DNA of 64,000 nucleotides from an uncultured Desulfobulbaceae bacterium (GTDB lineage: Bacteria; Desulfobacterota; Desulfobulbia; Desulfobulbales; BM004), in assembly GCA_947259115.1 (NCBI GenBank), contig CAMYKS010000025.1, positions 5,224 through 69,223 of the forward strand, given 5' to 3'. The translations under genes and the position numbers were made by a program. Of the stretch, positions 25,279-37,640 are shown piece after piece. Position 1 is the first letter of the stretch. Each line of letters opens with the position of its first letter. A model generated the notes under the pieces. It worked only from the letters and a program-made list of their open reading frames with translations, had not been told where the DNA came from and did no database searches.

Positions 25279-27249
25279 ATGACAGAAAATTCAACAGAAA
25301 AAAACGTTTCAGGTGAGAACGCAAATGGCTCAGAAGAGATGAGTTTTGCGGATCTCTTTGAAATGGAAGAAAACAGTTCAGTAAGTAAAGTGGGAGATGT
25401 CATCATGGGTACGATCGTCGGAGTTGTTGATGATCATGTTCTCGTTGATATCGGCGACAAAGCTGAAAGCTACATCCCCATCTCTGAATTTCGTGCCGAA
25501 GGCGAGGAAGAGGAAATCAAGGTGGGCGATGCCTTTGAAGTCTTTGTGGAAAAAAGGAAAGAAGAGGGTGGCCTGCAACTATCACGTGAAAAGGCCATCG
25601 GCATCAAAGTATGGGAAGAGATTGCCAAAATACAGGCCGATGACGGCACCATTGACGGAAAAATTGAAAACCGCGTAAAAGGTGGTATGTCCGTTGATAT
25701 CGGGGTGCCTGCCTTCCTGCCTTATTCTCAAATTGACCTGCGCCCGGTGAAAGACCTGGATGCACTCATTGGCCAGACCTTTCCCTTCAAAATACTGAAA
25801 TTCAACAGAAAACGAAATAATGTCGTTATATCACGCCGGGCTATTCTTGAAAAAGAACGGGAAAAATTGCGCGTAGACATGCGCAGCTCCCTGGAAGAGG
25901 GCATGATTGTAAAAGGCGCCGTCACTAATATAACTGATTACGGTCTTTTTATTGATCTGGGTGGCATGGACGGTTTGTGCCATATCACCGACCTTTCCTG
26001 GGGCAGGGTTTCCCATCCGGCCAAGCTCTATAAGGTCGGCGATGAAATCGATGTCAAAATACTCAAGTATGACCAGGAATCCGACCGGGTGTCCCTTGGC
26101 ATCAAGCAGCTTCGTCCTGACCCCTGGGCCACGGTTACGGAACGCTATCCAATCGGTTCGAAAACTGTCGGCAAGGTTGTCAGCATTACCGATTACGGCG
26201 TATTTATTGAGCTTGAAGAAGGAGTAGAGGGACTGATCCATATCTCTGAAATGACCTGGTCCAAGAAACCTAGACATCCATCGAAACTCGTTGCTGTTGC
26301 TGACGACGTTGAGGTCATGGTGCTCAACATTGAAACCGAGACAAAACGAATCTCACTGGGCATGAAGCAGCTGCATCCAAATCCCTGGGACCTGGTCAGC
26401 GAAAACTATCCTGTTGGTTCCATTATTGAAGGAAAGATAAAGAATATCACTGATTTCGGCATATTTATCGGTATTGAAGAAGGTATTGACGGCCTTATCC
26501 ATGTGTCTGATCTTTCCTGGACCGAACGTATCAAGCACCCAACTGAAAAATATGCCAAAGGCGATACCATCCAGGCTGTGGTTTTAAAGATTGACAGGGA
26601 AAACGAACGGTTCTCACTTGGCATTAAGCAACTTGAGCCCGACCCATGGCAGGCGGCACTCAACAATTATCCCTCCGGTGCCATTGTCGAAGGTAAGATT
26701 ACCAATGTCACCGACTTCGGTATATTCGTACAGCTTGAAGAAGGCGTCGAAGGATTGGTGCATGTCTCTGAGATAAGCAAAGAAAAAATTACCACGCCCG
26801 TAGGCATGTATAACGTAGGTGACAACTTGCAGGTCAAGGTAATCAATGTTTCATCCAAGGACAGAAAGATCGGACTTTCCATCAAGGCCCTTGATGAGGA
26901 TTCCAGTGAGGGTTCCCTGAAGGATTACAAAAAGAAGCTGGCCGCCGGGCCTGCCACCATTGGTGACCTTCTGAAAGAGGAAATGGAAAGCAAGGCGGGA
27001 ACCGAAGCTGAAGCGGAAACGTCCGAAACTGTCGTTGCTGATGCTGACGCTACAGCCGCTGCTCCGGCTGAAGAGGCAGGAGTTGAGACTGCCGACGCTG
27101 CCGCCGCTGACGCTGCCGCCGCTGACGCTGCCGCCGCTGACGCTGCTGATGAGGCTGAGGCTTCTGATGAGGCTGATGAGGTTGAGGCTTCTGATAAGGC
27201 AGAGGAGGATACTGCCCCTGAAACGGACAAGGATAAGGACAAAGAATAG
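25279..27249 (+). CDS. rpsA: 30S ribosomal protein S1 with A/D/E-rich C-terminal extension
   Basis: Six S1 domains (repeated …G.V..I.D.G.F..L..G..GL.H.SE…). The tail is built from short DNA repeats. Confidence 0.95.
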   Translation: MTENSTEKNVSGENANGSEEMSFADLFEMEENSSVSKVGDVIMGTIVGVVDDHVLVDIGDKAESYIPISEFRAEGEEEEIKVGDAFEVFVEKRKEEGGLQLSREKAIGIKVWEEIAKIQADDGTIDGKIENRVKGGMSVDIGVPAFLPYSQIDLRPVKDLDALIGQTFPFKILKFNRKRNNVVISRRAILEKEREKLRVDMRSSLEEGMIVKGAVTNITDYGLFIDLGGMDGLCHITDLSWGRVSHPAKLYKVGDEIDVKILKYDQESDRVSLGIKQLRPDPWATVTERYPIGSKTVGKVVSITDYGVFIELEEGVEGLIHISEMTWSKKPRHPSKLVAVADDVEVMVLNIETETKRISLGMKQLHPNPWDLVSENYPVGSIIEGKIKNITDFGIFIGIEEGIDGLIHVSDLSWTERIKHPTEKYAKGDTIQAVVLKIDRENERFSLGIKQLEPDPWQAALNNYPSGAIVEGKITNVTDFGIFVQLEEGVEGLVHVSEISKEKITTPVGMYNVGDNLQVKVINVSSKDRKIGLSIKALDEDSSEGSLKDYKKKLAAGPATIGDLLKEEMESKAGTEAEAETSETVVADADATAAAPAEEAGVETADAAAADAAAADAAAADAADEAEASDEADEVEASDKAEEDTAPETDKDKDKE

Positions 27250-27346
27250 TTACCGCCATTCTGCTGGTCCTGTATGCGCTCCTGGTGTTATTCAAGTAAC
27301 AGCTTCTGCAGCATTGCATGACCCTGCCGGCTGCTGATTGTATACC

Positions 27347-28261
27347 ATGGGCTCATTTCGTCAAAAACATCCCATTATCCTGGGACTTTTTATACTGACA
27401 GGGATATTTTTCCTTTTTCTGGGAGGAATATCCCTGTTAATTTCTTCGTTTGTCTCCCAGGGCACAAAAACCGATATTTTTTCCAAGAAAGATGGTGTTG
27501 GGATCATCGAGCTCAAGGGCTTGATCGTCAGTTCTGAACAAGTCTTAAGACATCTGACGGAATTCAGGAATAGCCCCAATGTAAAATCCATCATCCTGCG
27601 CATTGACAGTCCCGGCGGCGCAGTAGGTGCGTCCCAGGAGATCTACCAGGAAGTAAAACGTACCAACTCAGTAAAACCGGTAGTGGCATCCATGGGTTCC
27701 ATGGGGGCGTCCGGTGGTTTCTATGCAGCCTTGGGGGCGGATACTATTATGGCCAACCCCGGCACCATGACCGGCTCAATCGGTGTTATTATAAAGTTTC
27801 CCAACCTTGAAGGTTTATTTGAAAAAATCGGCTACAGGAGCGAAGTAATAAAAAGCGGCCCCCTCAAGGATGTCGGTGCCAGCAACCGGCCAATGAACGA
27901 GGAAGAGCGAAACCTCATGCAGGATCTGATTGATAACGTGTATAATCAGTTTGTCAGGGATATTGCAGCGGCCAGGTCCATGCCTGAAGAAACCATCTAC
28001 AAGCTGGCAGACGGCAGGGTTTATACAGGTGAGCAGGCCCTTGAAGTAGGACTCATTGACAGCTTGGGAAACTTTACTGATGCCATAACCCTTGCTGCTG
28101 ATTTGGGCGGCCTTGACTCAAAAGATCCCCAGCTCATCTACCCGAAGGTTGATAGAAAATTCTCGCTGCTCAATCTTTTGACGAATGCCGAACAGTCACT
28201 AGTTGAAAACTTCGTGCCTTTATACCCTGTCCTCTCCTTCGAGTGGACGGGTGTGCAATAG
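27347..28261 (+). CDS. sppA: signal peptide peptidase SppA, 36K type
   Basis: IILRIDSPGGAV, MGSMGASGGFY, and an N-terminal TM helix. The ATG at 27347 is preferred over the TTG at 27338. Confidence 0.9.
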   Translation: MGSFRQKHPIILGLFILTGIFFLFLGGISLLISSFVSQGTKTDIFSKKDGVGIIELKGLIVSSEQVLRHLTEFRNSPNVKSIILRIDSPGGAVGASQEIYQEVKRTNSVKPVVASMGSMGASGGFYAALGADTIMANPGTMTGSIGVIIKFPNLEGLFEKIGYRSEVIKSGPLKDVGASNRPMNEEERNLMQDLIDNVYNQFVRDIAAARSMPEETIYKLADGRVYTGEQALEVGLIDSLGNFTDAITLAADLGGLDSKDPQLIYPKVDRKFSLLNLLTNAEQSLVENFVPLYPVLSFEWTGVQ

Positions 28262-28345
28262 CCGGGCAGCAATTCGTATTATCATTTGATTTCATTCATA
28301 GAGTGTTGACTTTAAAAAAATTACATATTTTCATTGAGGCATACA

Positions 28346-28630
28346 ATGTTAAAACGAGATCTTATTGGAAAAACCACTGACAGCCTTGAAGGTTATTTGA
28401 AAAAGGACATCAGCAAGGCTGTAGATATTATATTTGAGACAATGTCGGAATCTCTTGATCAGGGCAACAGGGTTGAAATTCGTGGATTTGGCAGCTTTTC
28501 GGTGCGCACAAGAAAAGCACGGCAGACGAAAAACCCCAAGACCGGCAAAGTTATGGATATCCCGCCCCGCAAGACCTTGCACTTTGCAATGAGCAAGTCG
28601 CTGAAAGAGGCATTGATCGAAAAAAAATAG
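28346..28630 (+). CDS. ihfB: integration host factor beta / HU-family DNA-binding protein
   Basis: …VEIRGFGSFSVRTRKARQTKNPKTG…. The rpsA-sppA-ihfB order is typical of deltaproteobacteria. Confidence 0.8.
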   Translation: MLKRDLIGKTTDSLEGYLKKDISKAVDIIFETMSESLDQGNRVEIRGFGSFSVRTRKARQTKNPKTGKVMDIPPRKTLHFAMSKSLKEALIEKK

Positions 28631-28754
28631 GGCCGGTGGAGCCTGATGCTGTTGGCTGCTTTAAAGTTCCCCGCTGCCGTTTGTGAGCGTGCAGCTTACC
28701 CTGCAGGAATTCTCTTAACGCTTCGAGCCGCAGGGAATGCACGCACCGATCGTG

Positions 28755-29369
28755 TCAGCCATAGAACTGCCTGATATCACCTTGGCCCTGCCGGAGAATT
28801 TCAGGTGTATCACCTGAAAAATCGACTATTGTAGAGGGGTCCGGGTATACCATGCCCCCATCGATCACCAAGTCAACCATGTTCCCCAAGAGTTCCTCAA
28901 ATTCATAAGCTTCTGACAGCGGGGCCCCCTCTTTATCAAGAATCGCACTGGTAGTGAGTATTGGATTACCCAGGGCCTCTATAAGTTCTAAGCATATATT
29001 ATTGCGGGGCACCCGGATACCGACTGTTTTCTGTTTTGTAATCATTATTTTTGGCACAATCTTGGCAGCTTGCAGAACAAAAGTGAACGGACCGGGTAGG
29101 GCTTTACGCATAATTCTGTATGCCATGTTGGAGACATGGCCATAGTCGCTAACATTTTTCAGGCTTGAGCACATAAAACTGAAGGGTTTATGCTTGGCCC
29201 GTTTTTTAATCTGAAATATCTTCTTGATGGCTTTCTGGTTGAAAATATCACAGCCTATCCCGTAGACTGTATCTGTTGGGTAACAAATAACAGCACCACT
29301 GCGGAGCTTGTCGGCAATTTGCTTAATATTACGCGGCTGCGGGTTATCGGGATTAATAGAGATCAGCAT
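28755..29369 (-). CDS. tsaC: L-threonylcarbamoyladenylate synthase (YrdC/TsaC family)
   Basis: ICYPTDTVYGIGCD and a YrdC-domain layout of about 200 aa. Confidence 0.88.
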   Translation of the reverse strand: MLISINPDNPQPRNIKQIADKLRSGAVICYPTDTVYGIGCDIFNQKAIKKIFQIKKRAKHKPFSFMCSSLKNVSDYGHVSNMAYRIMRKALPGPFTFVLQAAKIVPKIMITKQKTVGIRVPRNNICLELIEALGNPILTTSAILDKEGAPLSEAYEFEELLGNMVDLVIDGGMVYPDPSTIVDFSGDTPEILRQGQGDIRQFYG

Positions 29370-29439
29370 TTTTCATATATGTAGATGTTTAGCACAACAT
29401 GAAGCACACATGATGCCCGCGAGACATGTCGAAGTCGGA

Positions 29440-29511
29440 GTTTATACCATGTTGTCAAGGGTGTTTATACCCCACAAGGGGGTACTCTTCTCGAAGCTTC
29501 ACTTCGTTCCC
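29440..29511. repeat. solo copy (about 1.5 units) of the 23-bp repeat family with flank motifs
   Basis: gtttataccatgttgtcaagggtgtttatacccc, followed by gggggtact and the hairpin cgaag-cttca-cttcg. Confidence 0.85.
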
Positions 29512-29556
29512 AATCTACGGTGGGGACAAACTTAAACTATTCAGTTCTCTGAATCA

Positions 29557-30504
29557 ATGACTATTCATCAACATATCGCTGCTGGAATTGATATGGGGTC
29601 GAATACATTCAGGCTCCTGGTGGCAGACTGTGCACCAGGCGGCATGTCGGTGCTGGTTAAGAAAACAGCGACTGTCGGCCTGGGCCGCGGCCTGGAAGAA
29701 AGTCAGGTGCTGCATGAGCAAGCAATGCTAAAAGCGTATGAAGTACTGCTCGATTTTCGCAAGATCCTGGATCAACTCAAGCCGAAAAGCATGCGCATTT
29801 GCGGAACTGAAGCCCTGCGCCAGGCCAGAAACAGCCATCTTTTTCTGCACAATGCGGCAGCAATCATAGGACACGAAATTGAAATCATCAGCGGCGCTGA
29901 AGAAGCCGCTTTAAGCCTTGCTGGTGCTTTGTCCGGCTTCAAGGAACCTCCAGCCGGTCTTTTGCTGCTGGTCGATGTGGGCGGCGGCTCCACCGAACTG
30001 GTTGTTGCTGAATACCCAGCAGGAGAAACAAGAATAAAAAGTGTCCCCCTCGGTGTTGTAGGAATTACGGAAAAATTTATTGCAGCCCCGCTTCCTGATC
30101 CCGCCCGCTTGGATAGCCTGCTTGCAGAAACACTTCATCCATCTGTCAACAACGTGATGCTGTTCCAAAAAAAGCAACCGTTTATGGTCATTGGCAGTGG
30201 AGGAACTGCAACCAGCATGGCAGCCCTTGACCTGAACCTGACTTCCTATAACGAATCATTGGTGCACGGCCATGTACTGCAGAGTACTTCAATTAAAAAA
30301 CTCTGGGACAAACTGATAGTGCTCCCTGCCCATAAACGTAATGTGCTGCCATGCCTTGGCGAAGGCAGGGGAGAAATCCTGCCGGCCGGCATAAGAATAT
30401 ACCACGTTCTTTTACAACTCCTTGAGCAGGAAGAAATGATGGTCAGTGACACCGGGCTTTTGGAAGGCATTCTGCTCAGCAGCCTTTCCAATACTCCCGC
30501 CTGA
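29557..30504 (+). CDS. Ppx/GppA-family phosphatase
   Basis: AAGIDMGSNTFRLLVAD and DVGGGSTEL, the actin-like ATPase fold motifs of Ppx/GppA. Confidence 0.88.
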   Translation: MTIHQHIAAGIDMGSNTFRLLVADCAPGGMSVLVKKTATVGLGRGLEESQVLHEQAMLKAYEVLLDFRKILDQLKPKSMRICGTEALRQARNSHLFLHNAAAIIGHEIEIISGAEEAALSLAGALSGFKEPPAGLLLLVDVGGGSTELVVAEYPAGETRIKSVPLGVVGITEKFIAAPLPDPARLDSLLAETLHPSVNNVMLFQKKQPFMVIGSGGTATSMAALDLNLTSYNESLVHGHVLQSTSIKKLWDKLIVLPAHKRNVLPCLGEGRGEILPAGIRIYHVLLQLLEQEEMMVSDTGLLEGILLSSLSNTPA

Positions 30505-30753
30505 TATTTTTCTCAATTTGTGGCCCGATAAATATAGCTGCGCACCAGGAAAAGGGCTTTGCAATTACCATGGTATTTTTGTATAAGTGCGTCTTCATCT
30601 GAAAAAAGTGATTCTTCCGCTTAATTCACTACTTTTACTTCTACTCCAAATAGTAGAATCCTACCGTGTAACATTACGGCGGCAAGTGAATATTTTTTTC
30701 AGGGTGCGGCCATCGCCACAGAAACACCTTCACAATTTTCAAGGAGATTGAAC

Positions 30754-32220
30754 ATGCTATCCGATGTCATTGAACCAGCCTATACCTTTGATGATCTTCT
30801 CCTGGTTCCGGCCAATTCCACTGTTATTCCATCAGAGGTTAATGTTTCCACCCTGCTGACAAAAAACATAAGGCTCAATATTCCCCTGGTCAGTGCTGCG
30901 ATGGATACGGTAACCGAATACCGTACCGCTATTATTATGGCCAGGGAAGGCGGCATCGGCATTATCCACAAGAATATGTCAATTGATGAGCAGGCCCGAC
31001 AGGTTGAAAAAGTGAAAAAGTCTGAATCCGGTATGATCATTGACCCGGTAACTGTGACAGAAGAGCAGCAGGTTTCAGAAGTCCAGTCCATGATGGCCAA
31101 CTATAAGATTTCCGGGGTTCCGGTTCTGCGGGGCAAGAAACTCGCCGGGATCGTCACCAACCGTGACCTCCGGTTCGTGACAGATCCAACCCTGAAAGTC
31201 AAAGATGTCATGACAAGCAAAAATCTGGTGACCGCAAAAGTGGGCATCACCTTGGAGGAATCAAAAGCCCTCCTGCATGAGCACCGCATTGAAAAGCTTC
31301 TCGTGGTCGACAATAAAGGGAACCTGAAGGGCCTGATCACCATCAAAGATATTGAAAAGATTAAAAAATACCCAAATTCTGCCAAGGATGACAAGGGCAG
31401 GCTGCTGGTCGGTGCCGCCCTGGGAATAGGCTCCGATTACCTGGGCTGCGCAGAAAAACTCATCAAAAACGGGGTGGATGTGGTCGTGCTTGATTCTGCC
31501 CACGGTCATTCTCAAAATGTGGTCAAGGCTGTTGGAGTCTTGACTAATACCTACCCAAATCTTGAGGTAATTGCCGGCAACGTAGCCACGGCGGAAGGCA
31601 CGGAAGCACTTATCAAAGCAGGTGCCAGTGCTGTAAAAATTGGGGTCGGACCAGGCTCCATTTGCACCACACGCATTGTGGCCGGAGTCGGGGTGCCGCA
31701 GTTGACTGCCATTAAGAACTGCGGCAAGGCTGCCCAGAAATACGACATACCCTTGATTGCAGACGGGGGCATCAAGTATTCAGGAGACATGACGAAAGCC
31801 ATCGGTATCGGCGCTCATTCCATCATGATCGGCTCCCTCTTTGCAGGTGCCGCTGAAACGCCGGGTGAAACCTTCCTGTATCAGGGACGAGCCTACAAGG
31901 GCTACCGCGGCATGGGCTCCCTGGGCGCCATGAAACAGGGCAGCGGCGACCGCTATTTCCAGGAGGATATCGGCAGTCCTTCAAAAATGGTGCCGGAAGG
32001 CATTGAAGGAAAGGTACCTTTCAGGGGGCCGCTATCCGACATGATCTATCAGCTTGTCGGCGGCCTCCGTTCCGGCATGGGATATGTTGGCGCCAAAGAT
32101 ATAGAGGAATTGCGCCATAAGGCGAAATTTGTTCGCATCACGGCAGCCGGCCTGAAGGAAAGCCATGTACATGACGTGATCATTACCAAGGAAGCTCCCA
32201 ATTACCGGATAGAAGGCTAA
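30754..32220 (+). CDS. guaB: IMP dehydrogenase
   Basis: [10 protein letters not shown]…, tandem CBS insert, catalytic loop [17 protein letters not shown] Shine-Dalgarno sequence at 30741. Confidence 0.96.
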   Translation: MLSDVIEPAYTFDDLLLVPANSTVIPSEVNVSTLLTKNIRLNIPLVSAAMDTVTEYRTAIIMAREGGIGIIHKNMSIDEQARQVEKVKKSESGMIIDPVTVTEEQQVSEVQSMMANYKISGVPVLRGKKLAGIVTNRDLRFVTDPTLKVKDVMTSKNLVTAKVGITLEESKALLHEHRIEKLLVVDNKGNLKGLITIKDIEKIKKYPNSAKDDKGRLLVGAALGIGSDYLGCAEKLIKNGVDVVVLDSAHGHSQNVVKAVGVLTNTYPNLEVIAGNVATAEGTEALIKAGASAVKIGVGPGSICTTRIVAGVGVPQLTAIKNCGKAAQKYDIPLIADGGIKYSGDMTKAIGIGAHSIMIGSLFAGAAETPGETFLYQGRAYKGYRGMGSLGAMKQGSGDRYFQEDIGSPSKMVPEGIEGKVPFRGPLSDMIYQLVGGLRSGMGYVGAKDIEELRHKAKFVRITAAGLKESHVHDVIITKEAPNYRIEG

Positions 32221-32270
32221 TCAGCGTTAATCCACAGTTTTTTAACTTGTAACTCGTAACTGTATTTATA

Positions 32271-33827
32271 ATGGATATCCACAGCGAAAAGATTCTCATC
32301 CTTGATTTCGGTTCCCAATACACCCAGTTGATCGCCCGGCGTGTCCGTGAAGCCCATGTGTATTGTGAACTCCACCCCTTTGACATGGACCTTGATGCCA
32401 TCAGGAAGTATGGCCCCCAGGGCATAATTCTTTCCGGCGGGCCAAAATCCGTGTATGACGATGGAGCGCCTGCTGTGGAAGAGGCCCTCTTTGAACTTGG
32501 CATTCCGGTCCTTGGTATCTGCTACGGTATGCAGCTTCTGGCCCTTCATTTCGGCGGAAAGGTTGTACCGGCCGGCAAGCGGGAATACGGTTATGCCGAC
32601 CTGCTGAGCAAAAATAAACCAGGGCCCATATTTGACGGTTTTTTTATAGAGGGCAAAAGCCCTGTCTGGATGAGTCACGGAGACCATGTGGAAAAAATGC
32701 CACAAGGGTTTGAAATTATTGCCCAAACGGAAAACGCACCGGTGGCCGCCATCCAAAATGTGGACCGCAGCCTCTACGGCGTCCAGTTTCATCCCGAGGT
32801 CAATCACACCCCGCGTGGAGAAATCCTCGTCGATACCTTTGTCCGCAAAATCTGCGGCTGCAAAGGGAGTTGGACACCGGGTCAGATCATCGAGGATGCG
32901 ATCACCCGTATCAATGAGCAGGTGGGTACGGACAAGGTCATTCTCGGTCTTTCCGGAGGCGTTGACTCCTCGGTGGCGGCAGCCCTTATTAATCGGGCCA
33001 TTGGCGACCAGCTAACCTGCGTCTTTGTGGATAACGGTCTCCTGCGTCTTGCCGAAGGCGACCAGGTGATGGCTACTTTTGCCCAGAACATGGGGGTCAA
33101 AGTGATAAGGGTCAATGCGGAAGACCGTTTTCTGCAGGCATTGTACGGTGTTAGCGACCCGGAACAGAAACGCCGAATCATCGGCAATCTCTTTATCGAA
33201 ATATTTGAGGAAGAGGCTGCCTGCATTATGGATGCCACCTGGCTTGCCCAGGGTACAATCTATCCCGATGTCATTGAATCGGCAGGAGGCAAGACCGGCA
33301 AGGCTCAAAATATAAAAAGCCATCATAATGTTGGCGGTCTGCCCGAGCACATGAAACTTAACCTGCTGGAACCGCTGAAGGAACTGTTCAAAGATGAGGT
33401 CAGGGCCATTGGTGAAGAACTGGGACTGCCGCACCAGATGGTATGGCGTCATCCTTTTCCCGGTCCGGGTCTCGGAGTCCGCATCCTCGGCGAGGTAAAA
33501 AAGGAATATGCCGACATCCTAAGACAGGCCGATGCCATTTATATTGATGAGCTGTATACCAGCGGCTACTACGATAAGATCAGCCAGGCATTTGCGGTTT
33601 TCCTGCCGGTAAAAAGTGTGGGCGTCATGGGTGACGGCCGCACGTATGAGTATGTTATCGCCCTGCGGGCTGTGGAAACCAAGGATTTCATGACTGCCGG
33701 CTGGACAAAACTTCCCTATGAACTGATGGGCCGTATTTCAAGCAGGATCATCAATGAGGTCAGGGGCGTAAACCGGGTGGTGTATGATATTTCCTCCAAG
33801 CCGCCCAGCACCATTGAGTGGGAGTAG
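32271..33827 (+). CDS. guaA: GMP synthase (glutamine-hydrolysing)
   Basis: GATase domain ([27 protein letters not shown]), PP-loop SGGVDSSV, C-terminal …PPSTIEWE. Confidence 0.96.
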   Translation: MDIHSEKILILDFGSQYTQLIARRVREAHVYCELHPFDMDLDAIRKYGPQGIILSGGPKSVYDDGAPAVEEALFELGIPVLGICYGMQLLALHFGGKVVPAGKREYGYADLLSKNKPGPIFDGFFIEGKSPVWMSHGDHVEKMPQGFEIIAQTENAPVAAIQNVDRSLYGVQFHPEVNHTPRGEILVDTFVRKICGCKGSWTPGQIIEDAITRINEQVGTDKVILGLSGGVDSSVAAALINRAIGDQLTCVFVDNGLLRLAEGDQVMATFAQNMGVKVIRVNAEDRFLQALYGVSDPEQKRRIIGNLFIEIFEEEAACIMDATWLAQGTIYPDVIESAGGKTGKAQNIKSHHNVGGLPEHMKLNLLEPLKELFKDEVRAIGEELGLPHQMVWRHPFPGPGLGVRILGEVKKEYADILRQADAIYIDELYTSGYYDKISQAFAVFLPVKSVGVMGDGRTYEYVIALRAVETKDFMTAGWTKLPYELMGRISSRIINEVRGVNRVVYDISSKPPSTIEWE

Positions 33828-33835
33828 GAAAAGCA

Positions 33836-33992
33836 GGGTTCGAGGGTTCGAGGGTTCGAGGGTTCGAGGGTTCGAGGGTTCGAGGGTTCGAGGGTTCGAG
33901 GGTTCGAGGGTTCGAGGGTTCGAGGGTTCGAGGGGGTTCGAGGGTTCGAGGGTTCGAGGGTTCGAGGGTTCGAGGGTTCGAGGGTTCGAGGG
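33836..33992. repeat. 8-bp microsatellite (GGGTTCGA)n, about 19 copies with one 2-bp insertion
   Basis: Read directly. It begins 9 nt after the guaA stop. The irregular unit agggggttcg is at about 33931. Confidence 0.95.
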
Positions 33993-34210
33993 AAAAATTA
34001 TAATAAAATTAATATATTGACCAAATATATTTTTTAAAAATCTTGGCTTTTTTTCAACAGCCTTACTTCACTTAAGCTTTTGCCTGAAATCATACAAAAA
34101 TCCTTATGTTAGTATTTTTCTAAAACCACGTCCGCCAACTGCCAATTGAATCATTGCCTTTCTCATTTTTCCCTTGGCCCCTTGACATCTCGGAACCTTG
34201 GAACCTTTAG

Positions 34211-34792
34211 TTAACCTTCCTCCTCACTGCACGGGAGACACACGACCTTGCCACCGACCTCCCTGGTTCTCGGCTCCATGACCTTCTCGCCGCATGCAGC
34301 GCAGGAAATGCTCTTATAAATTCTGGCCGGCGCCGGTATTTCTGCCTGTACTCTTCCAACAGTAAACAAATCAGCATCATCCGTTTCCAGGACGACCTTC
34401 ATTTTGCGTGCCTTTCTATCCTGCACTGCGGCTGTGACTTCAGGCGACCTATCTCCCTCTGAGTAACGCTGCCACATGACTTCGGTTTCAGGGTCCTCCG
34501 GCGGGGGGGCCCACTTGACCGCTATGCGTATGGCCTCAGAATCGGCTCTTCTGATAAAAGTATAGACCTGTTTGCCATGGTCTTTAAAAATAAGGTTCCC
34601 CTTGCCGAATGTGCAGCCGCAGATAAGCTGGATCGCATCGATTGCGCAGGAATTGTTTTCCACGATAGCCACAAGTTCTTCATCCCTGGCCCGCAATCCC
34701 AGTTCCTCTAAGGCCAGGTTGGCAACCCTGTAGCCGATTGCAAGGCCCGGGCAGGCATGCCCGTGAAATTTTACTGCATCATCGAAGTTCAT
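34211..34792 (-). CDS. FmdE/FwdE-family protein with C-terminal Zn-ribbon
   Basis: FHGHACPGLAIGYRVA and C-terminal CAACGE…CLPC. Confidence 0.85.
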   Translation of the reverse strand: MNFDDAVKFHGHACPGLAIGYRVANLALEELGLRARDEELVAIVENNSCAIDAIQLICGCTFGKGNLIFKDHGKQVYTFIRRADSEAIRIAVKWAPPPEDPETEVMWQRYSEGDRSPEVTAAVQDRKARKMKVVLETDDADLFTVGRVQAEIPAPARIYKSISCAACGEKVMEPRTREVGGKVVCLPCSEEEG

Positions 34793-34983
34793 ATTGTTTC
34801 TCCTGAATATTTAATTTACTCACAACAATAATTAAAGATTCTGATATAACAATCCAAAAACTTTGTTATTTATAAAAAACATTCTTCCCTGTGGCAATAT
34901 TTGCTGTAACAACTATATTGGTTATACAAAAGGAATAGACAGGTTTTTATTTTTATAAATTTGCAATAAATACGGTGCCTACG

Positions 34984-35691
34984 ATGAGAAAAAATGAACG
35001 CCAAGATAATGAATTACGCCCGGTTTCCATGGAAAGAGGCTTTCTGCCCCATGCCGATGGTTCCTTGCTCATAAAAATGGGAGGTACCCACGTGGTCTGT
35101 GCAGTTTCCGTGGAAGAATCCGTGCCCCGTTTTCTTGAGGATGCCGATCAGGGGTGGATAACCGCTGAATACGGCATGCTGCCATGGTCCACGCATTCAC
35201 GGAGCCGGCGCGAGGCAGCCCGCGGGCGTTCCGGCAGGACCTACGAAGTCCAACGCCTCATTGGGCGCTCGCTGCGTATGATGGTTGATCTCAATTCCCT
35301 GGGCCCCAGGACGCTCCGGGTTGATTGCGATGTTATCCGGGCTGACGGCGGCACACGTACCGCAGCCATTACCGGTGCTGCCCTTGTTGTCCGTGACGTC
35401 ATTTACTCCTTATATAATGAAGGACGACTGGCTCAACTCCCTGAAATGACCCCTCTTGCAGCTATCAGCGCCGGTATTGTTGATGGCAGGACTCTCCTTG
35501 ACCTTGATTATGAGGAGGACTCCGGGGCAGAAGTGGATGCTAATTTTGTCATGTGCGGGGACGGACGCCTGGTTGAGGTTCAGTGCACTGCTGAAGGCAG
35601 CCCTTTCAGCCGGGCCGCCCTTGACCAGTTATCCGACCTGGCCTTTCATGGTATCACGCAGCTCCTTTCCCATTGGGATGACACAGATTAA
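34984..35691 (+). CDS. rph: ribonuclease PH
   Basis: Collinear with E. coli RNase PH as recalled (…[14 protein letters not shown]…, [16 protein letters not shown]). Confidence 0.95.
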   Translation: MRKNERQDNELRPVSMERGFLPHADGSLLIKMGGTHVVCAVSVEESVPRFLEDADQGWITAEYGMLPWSTHSRSRREAARGRSGRTYEVQRLIGRSLRMMVDLNSLGPRTLRVDCDVIRADGGTRTAAITGAALVVRDVIYSLYNEGRLAQLPEMTPLAAISAGIVDGRTLLDLDYEEDSGAEVDANFVMCGDGRLVEVQCTAEGSPFSRAALDQLSDLAFHGITQLLSHWDDTD

Positions 35692-36849
<1,158 letters not shown>

Positions 36850-36892
36850 TAATATAGGTTGGTAAACATCCTTTCAGGGCACTCTAGTACCC

Positions 36893-37005
36893 CCTGAGGG
36901 GGATAAACACCCTTAAAAACAGGGTATAAACACCCTTAAAAACAGGGTATAAACACCCTTAAAAACAGGGTATAAACACTCTTAAAAATAGAGCATAAAC
37001 TCCGA
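36893..37005. repeat. 23-bp tandem array, about 5 units (AGGGTATAAACACCCTTAAAAAC)
   Basis: The ataaac anchors at 36903, 36926, 36949, 36972 and 36995 give a period of 23. Each unit contains the AGGGT-N6-ACCCT inverted repeat. Confidence 0.95.
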
Positions 37006-37194
37006 CTCCGAAAAGTACAAACAGGGATAGTGCAACCTGGTAAAATTAAATAGTTATAAGCTGTACACATTTTCGCAGCGCGCTTTCGAAGCCTCACTTT
37101 CTTCGCTGCCTGCGCTACCGACAATTAATGAGCTTGTAATTTCTGGAAACAGACTTACCTATTACTATTATAAAAAATATTTGGAGGAAACTGT

Positions 37195-37548
37195 ATGACT
37201 AGTATTGCTTATGCTGCGAATGGAGCAGCACCTCAGGGCGGGATCATGTCATTTATACCGCTTATTTTAATATTTGTGATCTTTTACTTCCTGCTTATCC
37301 GTCCCCAGCAGAAAAAGGCCAAAGAGCATCAGATATATTTGTCAAACCTGAAAAAGGGAGACGGTGTTGTGACCAGCGGTGGTCTGCACGGGCAGATTAC
37401 CGGACTGACTGACACGGTGGTCACCCTTGAAATTGCTGACAATATCAGAGTTAAAGTTTCCCGTCAGCACATTCTTGGCTCCAAGGCCGCGGTCACTGCT
37501 AACAATGAGACGGCTGCAACCGGCAAAGCCAGTAGTGGAGGCAGCTGA
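37195..37548 (+). CDS. yajC: preprotein translocase subunit YajC
   Basis: TM helix plus FYFLLIRPQQKK.KEH… signature. Conserved position after tgt. Confidence 0.92.
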   Translation: MTSIAYAANGAAPQGGIMSFIPLILIFVIFYFLLIRPQQKKAKEHQIYLSNLKKGDGVVTSGGLHGQITGLTDTVVTLEIADNIRVKVSRQHILGSKAAVTANNETAATGKASSGGS

Positions 37549-37640
37549 GGCATAAAAGGTTGTTAGCTTCATCGTGCATGAAGGGAGAGTAGAAAGTTTT
37601 CAATCTGGTTTTAATAAATGAAATCCGGTTAGGCTCATAT

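Noticed and set aside
26925-27337. ORFs antisense or off-frame to the rpsA tail (26925-27242, 27035-27337, 27050-27319)
   Set aside because: They are low-complexity products of the GCN/GAN repeat region and lie within a clear rpsA reading frame.
33784-34020. ORFs encoding (SRVRGFEG)n
   Set aside because: These are frame-cycling translations of the 8-bp GGGTTCGA microsatellite and overlap the guaA stop. They are not credible genes.
36893-37005. Possible CRISPR arrays at 36893-37005 and 48126-48228
   Set aside because: The units are directly abutting 23-bp tandem repeats with no unique spacers. No cas genes are present in the window.
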